DNA of 64,000 nt from Chakrabartia sp. (GTDB lineage Bacteria; Pseudomonadota; Alphaproteobacteria; Sphingomonadales; Sphingomonadaceae). The notes under the pieces were generated by a model. The model was not told the DNA's origin. It ran no database searches and was given only the letters and a program-made list of their open reading frames with translations. The stretch lies in NCBI GenBank assembly GCA_040398565.1, contig JBBATU010000005.1, forward strand, positions 161 through 64,160. The letters are read 5' to 3'. Shown one piece after another: positions 57,106 to 64,000 of this stretch; position 1 is the first letter of the stretch; each line of letters begins with the position of its first letter. The position numbers were made by a program, and so were the translations under genes.

Positions 57106-58016
57106 TCCTTTGATCGATCGGCCTGGCGCACAAGAATAAGCGCCAGGCCGATCATCGCGGCCCCAACCAGATCGGGTGCCGCCAGCGTCTCACCATAGCT
57201 GATCCAGCCCATCGTGGCGGAGACAACAGGCTGGGTAAGCAACGCCAAGCCAAAGACCAGCGGGCTGACCCGCCCCAGCGCAAACACCATCATGCCCTGC
57301 CCAATAAGCTGGCTGACCACCGCGAGCGCGATGACTGGCGTCCAATTATGCGGCACAATCTGTTCACCCAACGCCAGGGCGATCAAGAACAACGGCGGGA
57401 CGGTCACCACCGTTGACCAAGACAGCAGCGACCAGCTGGGAAGCGACTGGCGCGCATTGGCAATGGCAATCAAATACCCCGTGTAGAGGATGCCCGCGGC
57501 CAAGCAGAGCATATCGCCAATCAGATTATCCCGGCTGAGTTCAGCCGAGCGACCGACCAGCAAGAGCGCACCCATGGCCGCCATGCCAAAGGCCCAAGCC
57601 TCCCGCCTATTGGGGAGGCTGCGGGCAACCAGAAACCCCCAAATAGGAAAGAAGAGGCTCGCAGCATTGGCAAAGAGCGTGGCGTTGGCCATTTTTGTTT
57701 TCAAAATACCAATATGCCAAGCGGCCAGATCCGCTGCGAAAAAGACCCCGGATAGAGCGATTGGCACAAGCAACGCACGGGCGGGCAGCCGCAGGGGCTG
57801 GCGACGGGCAGCCGTGATCAAAAACAAAAAGGGTGCGGCCAACGCCAAGCGCCACATGGCAGAGGCACTTGGCCCAACATCCGCCAGTCGGACCAGCCAA
57901 GGCCCAAAAGCCAGCGCAAAATTGCCAAGGAACAACGCGCCTAGAACGGCAAGCCGCCCTCCCTTTTCCGTCACCTCATATGAAGGTTGCTGTTGCGCCT
58001 TGCTCATTGCCTCCAT
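57099..58016 (-). CDS. DMT-superfamily (EamA-type) transporter
   Basis: 305 aa with 10 predicted TM segments in two EamA-like halves. Its 3-prime end overlaps the convergent upstream gene by 7 nt. Confidence 0.8.
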   Translation of the reverse strand: MEAMSKAQQQPSYEVTEKGGRLAVLGALFLGNFALAFGPWLVRLADVGPSASAMWRLALAAPFLFLITAARRQPLRLPARALLVPIALSGVFFAADLAAWHIGILKTKMANATLFANAASLFFPIWGFLVARSLPNRREAWAFGMAAMGALLLVGRSAELSRDNLIGDMLCLAAGILYTGYLIAIANARQSLPSWSLLSWSTVVTVPPLFLIALALGEQIVPHNWTPVIALAVVSQLIGQGMMVFALGRVSPLVFGLALLTQPVVSATMGWISYGETLAAPDLVGAAMIGLALILVRQADRSKDQ

Positions 58017-58054
58017 ATCCGGGAGCGCGACTCACAAAGCAACAGGGGACACCA

Positions 58055-59131
58055 ATGCCGAACCTTTTTGATCCCATTGATCTGGGGGCACTTCATTGCC
58101 CGAACCGGATCCTCATGGCACCACTAACACGCGGGCGCGCCAGCCCCGGCCACATCCCCAATGATGTGATGCGCCTTTATTATGAACAGCGGGCGAGCTC
58201 TGGCCTGCTCATTTCGGAAGCCACGGGCATTTCGAAAGAAGGCCTTGGCTGGCCCGCCGCCCCGGGGATCTGGACAGCAGCACAAACCGAAGGCTGGAAG
58301 CCAATCACAGAGGCTGTGCACAAAGCCGGTGGGCGCATCATCATGCAGCTCTGGCATATGGGCCGCCTTGTCCATTCCAGCTTCAACGATGGCCAGCCGG
58401 GTGTATCGGCATCCGCAACAACCGGGCCGGGCCATGCCCATACCGCCACCGGGCGTCAGCCGCTAGAACAGGCGCGTGCTTTGCGCCTTGATGAGATGCC
58501 GCGCGTGGTGAATGATTATGCGCAAGCGGCTGCAAACGCCAAAGCTGCTGGCTTTGACGGAGTGCAGATTCACAGCGCCAATGGCTATCTGCTGGATCAG
58601 TTCCTGCGCGATAACTCCAATTTTCGCGACGATGATTATGGCGGGAGCATTGACAACCGTATCCGTCTGATGCGCGAGGTCACGGAAGCGGTAGTGAGCG
58701 TCTGGGGCGCAGATCGCGTCTCCGTGCGTCTGTCCCCCAATGGGGATTCGCAAGGTGCAGACGATAGCAACCCAGAAGCGCTGTTCACCGCTGCGGCCGC
58801 CGCACTCCAGAAAATTGGCATTGCCTTTCTTGAGCTACGCGAACCCGGCCCGAATGGCACATTTGGTCGTACCGATGTGCCCAAGCAGTCGCCAGCCATT
58901 CGTCGCGTGTTTACCAATCCGCTTGTGCTCAATTCTGATCTAACAGCAGAAGGTGGCGCAGAGTTGGTCGCATCGGGTCTGGCCGATGCGGTCAGCTATG
59001 GCCGCCCATTCATCTCCAACCCCGATCTGGTCGAGCGAATTCGTGATGGCAAGCCATGGGCAGAAAGCACGATGGCCACTTGGTATACGCCGGGGCCGGA
59101 AGGCTATACGGATTATCCAGCCGCAAGCTGA
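58055..59131 (+). CDS. Alkene reductase / N-ethylmaleimide reductase-type Old Yellow Enzyme
   Basis: Start at MPNLFDPIDLGALHCPNRILMAPLTRGRA. QLWHMGR, VQIHSANGYLLDQFLRDNSNFRDDDYGGSIDNRIR and YGRPFISNPDL. Confidence 0.88.
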   Translation: MPNLFDPIDLGALHCPNRILMAPLTRGRASPGHIPNDVMRLYYEQRASSGLLISEATGISKEGLGWPAAPGIWTAAQTEGWKPITEAVHKAGGRIIMQLWHMGRLVHSSFNDGQPGVSASATTGPGHAHTATGRQPLEQARALRLDEMPRVVNDYAQAAANAKAAGFDGVQIHSANGYLLDQFLRDNSNFRDDDYGGSIDNRIRLMREVTEAVVSVWGADRVSVRLSPNGDSQGADDSNPEALFTAAAAALQKIGIAFLELREPGPNGTFGRTDVPKQSPAIRRVFTNPLVLNSDLTAEGGAELVASGLADAVSYGRPFISNPDLVERIRDGKPWAESTMATWYTPGPEGYTDYPAAS

Positions 59132-59145
59132 CCCAAAAGCCCTCC

Positions 59146-59172
59146 CCCAACCCCTCCCGCATGCGGGAGGGG
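59146..59172. repeat. Second, shorter copy of the REP-like G/C palindrome between convergent genes
   Basis: CCCCAACCCCTCCCGC AT GCGGGAGGGG: a 10-bp perfect stem sharing 26 of 27 nt with the element at 36503-36530. Confidence 0.45.
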
Positions 59173-59241
59173 AGAGAGACTTAGCTTACCTTTGGTCGGC
59201 TTAGCCGCAATGGGGAGGGCATTTATCGGTGACCGATCGGC

Positions 59242-59661
59242 TCAGCCAAATTGGCCCTTGAGATGAAGCAAGGCGATGGCCGCTTTTGCTGCCTCCCCGC
59301 CCTTATCCTTCTGCTTCGGATCGGCCCGGACGAGCGCCTGAGCCTCATTTTCAACCGTTAAAATGCCATTGCCAATAGCAATGCCATCCATGGTCAGTGC
59401 CATGATGCCACGCGCGCTTTCGCCCGCCACAATTTCAAAATGATAGGTTTCCCCGCGAATAACGACGCCAATCGCGACAAAGCCATCATAGCGGCCGCTT
59501 TCTGCCGCCAGTGCAATGGCTCCGGGGATTTCAAGCGCGCCGGGCACGGTGATGACATCGGCATGATGCCCCGCATCTTCCAATGCAGCCTGTGCGCCCG
59601 CGACCAGCATGTCGTTGAGATGATCATAAAAGCGGGCTTCAACGATAAGAAAACGGGCCAT
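59242..59661 (-). CDS. ribH: 6,7-dimethyl-8-ribityllumazine synthase
   Basis: 139 aa: [14 protein letters not shown]...VPGALEIP...[13 protein letters not shown]. Confidence 0.93.
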   Translation of the reverse strand: MARFLIVEARFYDHLNDMLVAGAQAALEDAGHHADVITVPGALEIPGAIALAAESGRYDGFVAIGVVIRGETYHFEIVAGESARGIMALTMDGIAIGNGILTVENEAQALVRADPKQKDKGGEAAKAAIALLHLKGQFG

Positions 59662-59663
59662 GC

Positions 59664-60956
59664 TTATGCCTCCGGAATGGGGCGCTCGCCCACAATGTTG
59701 ATACCATAACCCTCAATGCCAACGACATTGCGGTGCGCATTGGTCAAAAGGATCATGTCGTGAATGCCAAGATCGGCGAGGATCTGTGCGCCAATGCCAT
59801 AGCTGCGCAAATCCATTTCCGGTGCCTTGCCAGCTGCGGCCCCGATTTCACGGGTCAGCTGCGCTGGTTCGCTTGGCATCAGCAACACGATGACACCAGA
59901 TCCAGCTGTACCAATTTCCATCATCGCCCGCTGCAAGACGCGCTTGCGCGGGCCGGGCGCGCCCAACACGTCGGAGAAAATGGAAATGCCATGCATGCGC
60001 ACCAATGTGGGGGCGCCCTCAACAACCTTGCCCTTTTGCAGGACGATATGCACCGATCCATCCACCTTGTTGCGGTAGGTTTTGGCCGTCCAGTCGCCGC
60101 CATAATCTGAGACGAAAGGCGCTTCCGACACGCATTCAACTAAGTGATCATGCCGCCTGCGATATTCGATCAAGTCCCGGATCGTGCCCATTTTCAGATT
60201 GTGCATCCGCGCGAAGGAGACGAGATCGTCCATCCGCGCCATGGTGCCGTCATCCTTCATAATCTCACAGATGACGCCGGACGGGTTGAGGCCCGCGAGC
60301 CGCGAAATATCAACGGCCGCCTCGGTGTGCCCCGCGCGCACGAGAACACCGCCATCACGCGCAATAAGCGGAAAGACATGGCCCGGCGTCACAATATCTG
60401 CGCGGCCTTTGGAGGCATCAATCGCGACCGAGACTGTCCGTGCTCGATCCCCAGCAGAAATCCCCGTCGTCACGCCTTCGAGCGCCTCAATTGAGGTCGT
60501 GAAGGCCGTTTCATGACGTGTCCCATTGGCCCGGCTCATCAATTCCAGACCAAGTTCATCGACGCGCTTCTTGGTCAGCGTCAGGCAGATGAGACCCCGC
60601 CCATGCGTCGCCATGAAGTTGATGGCGTCTGGTGTTGCCATTTGGGCCGGGATGACAAGGTCGCCCTCATTTTCCCGATCTTCATCATCCACAAGGATGA
60701 ACATGCGCCCATTGCGCGCTTCTTCAATAATCTCTTCAATCGGGACGAGCGCCGGGCTTTCGTCATTCTCAAAAAGATAGGATTCAAGCTTGCGCAGCGT
60801 CTCTGCGGTCGGGTTCCAATCGGGTTGGTCCAGATCACGCAGGGTGTTGGCATGAAGCCCAGCGGCACGCGCCAGACCAGAGCGCGACAGGCCGCCGTCG
60901 GTCACAAGCTTGCGGAGTTTTTCGATGAGTTGCGTAGACATAGCGTCATAAATCAC
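59664..60956 (-). CDS. ribB: 3,4-dihydroxy-2-butanone-4-phosphate synthase fused to a degenerate GTP cyclohydrolase II-like domain (RibBX type), with an N-terminal ~65-aa extension
   Basis: DHBPS core [19 protein letters not shown]...THGRGLICL...GHTEAAVD. The C-terminal domain aligns to RibA but lacks its Cys ligands. Start is GTG 60956 or ATG 60941. Confidence 0.88.
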   Translation of the reverse strand: MIYDAMSTQLIEKLRKLVTDGGLSRSGLARAAGLHANTLRDLDQPDWNPTAETLRKLESYLFENDESPALVPIEEIIEEARNGRMFILVDDEDRENEGDLVIPAQMATPDAINFMATHGRGLICLTLTKKRVDELGLELMSRANGTRHETAFTTSIEALEGVTTGISAGDRARTVSVAIDASKGRADIVTPGHVFPLIARDGGVLVRAGHTEAAVDISRLAGLNPSGVICEIMKDDGTMARMDDLVSFARMHNLKMGTIRDLIEYRRRHDHLVECVSEAPFVSDYGGDWTAKTYRNKVDGSVHIVLQKGKVVEGAPTLVRMHGISIFSDVLGAPGPRKRVLQRAMMEIGTAGSGVIVLLMPSEPAQLTREIGAAAGKAPEMDLRSYGIGAQILADLGIHDMILLTNAHRNVVGIEGYGINIVGERPIPEA

Positions 60957-60997
60957 ATCATAATGTGATCGTCAACGGCAAGATTCACATTCGGCCA

Positions 60998-61612
60998 TTA
61001 ATGGCGGGCGGAAAGCCGCTCCTGCATGCGCGCGAGATAGCGGGCCAGCACATCAATTTCGATGTTGACGGCTTGACCAACCGTCAGATCGCCCAAGGCC
61101 GTCACATCCCAAGTGTGGGGAATGATGTTGAGACCAAAGCTGGCGCTCCCATCGGCATTATCTGCAACGCTGTTCACCGTCAGCGACACGCCATCCAACG
61201 TCACCGAGCCCTTGGCGGCAATAAACGGCGCAATCGCCGCGCCAACCGTCACCATAACACGGTGGGAATCCCCTTCAGGGGAGATGGCGGACACGGTGCC
61301 AATGCCATCGACATGGCCCGTCACAATATGGCCGCCCAGTTCATCGCCAATTTTCAACGCACGTTCCAGATTGAGCCGACGATTCTTCGCCCACATGCCG
61401 CCCGCCGTTTTGGAAATAGTTTCCGCCGATGCATCCACGGCAAACCACTCCGGCCCCTTATCGACAACCGTCAGGCAGACGCCCGAACAGGCAATGGAAG
61501 CCCCCAGATCAACACCAGACATGTCATAGCCGCATTGGATGACCAGCCTCAGGTCGCCGCGCTGCTCCACTGCTGTGATCGTGCCAATATCCGTGATGAT
61601 GCCGGTAAACAT
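60998..61612 (-). CDS. ribE: Riboflavin synthase alpha chain
   Basis: 204 aa. MFTGIITDIGT and the internal duplicated barrel (GHIVTGHVDG, SLTV). Confidence 0.92.
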   Translation of the reverse strand: MFTGIITDIGTITAVEQRGDLRLVIQCGYDMSGVDLGASIACSGVCLTVVDKGPEWFAVDASAETISKTAGGMWAKNRRLNLERALKIGDELGGHIVTGHVDGIGTVSAISPEGDSHRVMVTVGAAIAPFIAAKGSVTLDGVSLTVNSVADNADGSASFGLNIIPHTWDVTALGDLTVGQAVNIEIDVLARYLARMQERLSARH

Positions 61613-61627
61613 GACTGCCGCCCCTTT

Positions 61628-62605
61628 TTAAACGCGCTCGTAAACGTCGAGCTGGTCTTTGCCAAGAAGGCGACTGTCCGCCAATTGCCATTGGTCCTGC
61701 GCATCCGCCAGCCGACCTAAACCGATATCCCCAAGGCAGGCACGCCCCCCACCAATCAAGATCGGCGCGCGATAGAGCAAGAGCCGATCGACCAACCCGG
61801 CCTTCAGAAAAGCTGCCGCCGTTTGCGCCCCGCCTTCGACCAGAAGATATTGGACGTCCGTCAGCCCATGAACCTGGTCCGGCGCAGACAGGGCAATCCA
61901 ACCCGGATCAACCCCGCCGCGCGTCAATAGCGCCCGCGCAGGAGAGCGCGCCTCTAAACCCGGCAGCCGAACAGTCAGTTGGGGCGCATCGGCCCGACCC
62001 GTTTCACCGCCGACAAGAATCATATTGGTGCGGGCGCGCTCCAAATGCCCATGGGCCCGCGCCGCATCCCCCGTAATCCATTTGCTCTCCCCCGATGCCA
62101 GCGCGATGCAGCCATCCAACGAAGTTGCAAGTTTCAGGGTGATGAACGGACGACTGGCATGATGCTGCATCAGCCATCCGGCCATGGCGCGCCTTGCGTC
62201 ATCCGCCAATAATCCTGCTGCAACCTCAATCCCTGCTGCCTGAAGCCGGGCAATGCCCTGTCCATTGGTGCGCGGGTCCGGATCGGTCAGGCCAATGACA
62301 ACACGCGACACGCCCGCCGCGATGAGACTGTCCGCACAGGTCGGGCCGCGCGGGCTTTCATGGGCGCAGGGCTCCAGCGTGACATAAGCGGTTGCGCCGT
62401 GTGCCGCCTCTCCCGCTTGAGCCAGCGCTATCGCCTCTGCATGAGGCCTGCCACCGGGCTGGGTCCAGCCGCGCCCGACAATGCGCCCGGCGTGCGTCAC
62501 GATGCAGCCGACATTGGGATTGGGGCCAGTTAAGGCCTGCGTACGTCCGGACAGCGCAATCGCTGCGGCCATCAACCGCCGATCAAGCGGAGTTACAGAC
62601 CCCAT
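61628..62605 (-). CDS. ribD: Bifunctional diaminohydroxyphosphoribosylaminopyrimidine deaminase / 5-amino-6-(5-phosphoribosylamino)uracil reductase
   Basis: 325 aa. Deaminase zinc motif HAEAIAL...TLEPCAH, plus the C-terminal reductase domain (KLATSLDG, LLVEGG). Confidence 0.92.
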   Translation of the reverse strand: MGSVTPLDRRLMAAAIALSGRTQALTGPNPNVGCIVTHAGRIVGRGWTQPGGRPHAEAIALAQAGEAAHGATAYVTLEPCAHESPRGPTCADSLIAAGVSRVVIGLTDPDPRTNGQGIARLQAAGIEVAAGLLADDARRAMAGWLMQHHASRPFITLKLATSLDGCIALASGESKWITGDAARAHGHLERARTNMILVGGETGRADAPQLTVRLPGLEARSPARALLTRGGVDPGWIALSAPDQVHGLTDVQYLLVEGGAQTAAAFLKAGLVDRLLLYRAPILIGGGRACLGDIGLGRLADAQDQWQLADSRLLGKDQLDVYERV

Positions 62606-62943
62606 TCGTCCATCTTCTTTTCCATGTCCTTGAAGGGCTTGCGATTCGCCTCAAGAATGCGCTGGCGCTCTGCCTCTTCGGCTGCCCGCTTTTTGGCATC
62701 GATTTTCTGCTGGGCAATGATCTCTGCATCGGTGCGCTTTGGATCAAATTTTTCAACATAGACAATTTTGGGCGGCCGATATTCCATCGGCACCTGGCCC
62801 AGATAGAAGAGCGCAACCAAGACGAGAGGAATCGTCGCTGAAAGCACCGCCAACCCAAGCTTATGCGCCACGGGCTGCTTGAAGAAGGCCTTTAGGTCGC
62901 GCCAAGCGGCCTTAGGACTGGCGGGGCGGGGAAGTACAGACAT
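62593..62943 (-). CDS. Hypothetical single-pass membrane protein with a Lys/Glu-rich C-terminal helix
   Basis: 116 aa with a TM helix LGLAVLSATIPLVLVALFYL. Same strand as ribD, and overlaps the ribD start by 13 nt. I recognise no family. Confidence 0.45.
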   Translation of the reverse strand: MSVLPRPASPKAAWRDLKAFFKQPVAHKLGLAVLSATIPLVLVALFYLGQVPMEYRPPKIVYVEKFDPKRTDAEIIAQQKIDAKKRAAEEAERQRILEANRKPFKDMEKKMDEWGL

Positions 62944-62986
62944 GGCTGCAAAGATAGGCCGTCAGCGGTCGATATACCAGCCCGGA

Positions 62987-64000
62987 TCAGGCTGATGCCG
63001 CCAAGAGCCGGGCAACGGCCCTGTCACGCCCAATGAGGGGCAACAACGCCTGCATATCCGGCCCGTGATCCACACCGGTCAGAGCCTGCCGCAGGGGCAG
63101 GAACAGCGCCTTACCCTTGCGATCCGTGCTGGTTTTGAGCGCATCCGTCAGGCCGTGCCAAGGGTCGGCCGACCAATCAAGCGCGGCAGCGGCCTTGGTA
63201 GCCTGTGCCAGATAGGGCTTATCTTCTGGGGCGATGGTCGCGGCAATATCTCCCGTCACAACGGCCCACCATGGGCCAACATCGGCTAAGGTGTCGATAT
63301 TGGGACGAATGGCACACCAGGCTGCCTCATCGACGCCATCGGGAAGGCGGTCCGCGACGGCCGCAAACTCCGTCTGGTGCAAAATTTTTGCGTTCAGTTG
63401 GGCCAGTTCTTCCTCATCAAATCGCGCGGGCGCGCGGCCAAAATGGGCAAAGTCTATTGTCGCGATCAAAGGCGCGATATCTGTTACTGGCTCAACGGGC
63501 GCACTCGTTCCCAATCGGGCGAGCAGTGCAAGAATCGCCAGCGGCTCAATCCCGCGTTCCTGAAAGGCGTCCATGCCCAGCGAGCCGAGCCGCTTTGACA
63601 GCTTGCCTTCCGTGCCCGTGAGCAGCGCCTCATGCGCAAAGTGCGGCGGCACGGTGCCAAGCGCCGAAAACATCTGAATCTGGGTTGCCGTGTTGGTCAC
63701 ATGATCTTCACCACGCACGACATGGGTGATGCCCATATCAATATCATCAATGGCAGAGGGCAGCATGTAGAGCCACGACCCATCGGCCCGACGAATGACG
63801 GGATCGGACAGGAGCTTGGGGTCAAAATGCTGGGGCCCGCGGATCAGATCGACCCATTGGATCGGCGCTTCATGGTCCAGCTTAAACCGCCAATGCGGCG
63901 AGCGGCCCTCAGGGACAGGGGCGTCAGCAGCTGGGCGCTCATAGACCGGCGGCAAGCCCCGCCCCAGCAGCACCTTGCGCCGTAAATCCAGCTCTTCCGG
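62987..64000 (-). CDS. gltX: Glutamate--tRNA ligase, N-terminal part outside the window
   Basis: The frame stays open to the window edge. VVRGEDHVTNTATQIQMF and the KLSKR (KMSKS-type) motif, plus the C-terminal anticodon-binding region. Confidence 0.9.
   Translation of the reverse strand, partial: PEELDLRRKVLLGRGLPPVYERPAADAPVPEGRSPHWRFKLDHEAPIQWVDLIRGPQHFDPKLLSDPVIRRADGSWLYMLPSAIDDIDMGITHVVRGEDHVTNTATQIQMFSALGTVPPHFAHEALLTGTEGKLSKRLGSLGMDAFQERGIEPLAILALLARLGTSAPVEPVTDIAPLIATIDFAHFGRAPARFDEEELAQLNAKILHQTEFAAVADRLPDGVDEAAWCAIRPNIDTLADVGPWWAVVTGDIAATIAPEDKPYLAQATKAAAALDWSADPWHGLTDALKTSTDRKGKALFLPLRQALTGVDHGPDMQALLPLIGRDRAVARLLAASA

Noticed and set aside
59224-59236. Small palindrome ATCGGT-G-ACCGAT just downstream of ribH.
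   Set aside because: It has only a 6-bp stem with a 1-nt centre and no T tract. It is too weak to call a terminator or operator.
1-64000. Scan for CRISPR arrays, rRNA genes, IS elements, toxin-antitoxin pairs or recognisable defence systems.
   Set aside because: I noticed no regularly spaced repeats and no transposase, integrase, nuclease or defence signatures in any listed ORF. Intergenic regions are short and are accounted for by promoters, hairpins and two tRNAs.

Overview
A 64-kb, densely coding chromosomal segment from a roughly 60% G+C alphaproteobacterium. The gene content looks Sphingomonadales-like, but that is inference only. I support about 58 protein-coding genes, 2 tRNAs (Leu-UAG, Arg-UCU), several hairpin terminators and a few candidate regulatory sites. 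Most of the window is housekeeping. In order: pspABC plus two PspB-like small genes, a lipidated PQQ quinohemoprotein alcohol dehydrogenase, and an Mla/MCE-type ABC system. Next come the lgt / SAM-methyltransferase / pgeF genes, an acyl-CoA ligase and two OYE-type flavoenzymes, hemH, phaB, and two adjacent acyl-CoA dehydrogenases. These are followed by pepN, priA, gatCAB, tig, gltBD, ssb, feoAB, a ribD-ribE-ribBX-ribH operon and gltX. The accessory part lies at 36.5-50.7 kb. It holds a tightly packed virB-type type IV secretion operon with a reduced gene set (virB1-2-3-4-6-9-10-11). There is no room for virB5/7/8 within the operon, and no virD4 or relaxase is visible in the window. Diverging from it is a lower-G+C operon encoding an unknown Cys/Gly/Thr-rich lipoprotein and a TonB-dependent receptor, and the two operons share an identical 12-nt upstream motif. 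Other points worth a second look are listed in the findings. They include an XRE-like N-terminal extension on the degenerate RibBX protein, a His-rich plus AKP-rich tail on trigger factor, and a REP-like G/C palindrome present twice. They also include three tandem PspB-like proteins, a possible heteromeric acyl-CoA dehydrogenase pair, and a Fur-box candidate upstream of feoA. No CRISPR array, transposase, integrase or rRNA was seen. All calls come from reading the supplied translations and sequence by eye; no database search was run.
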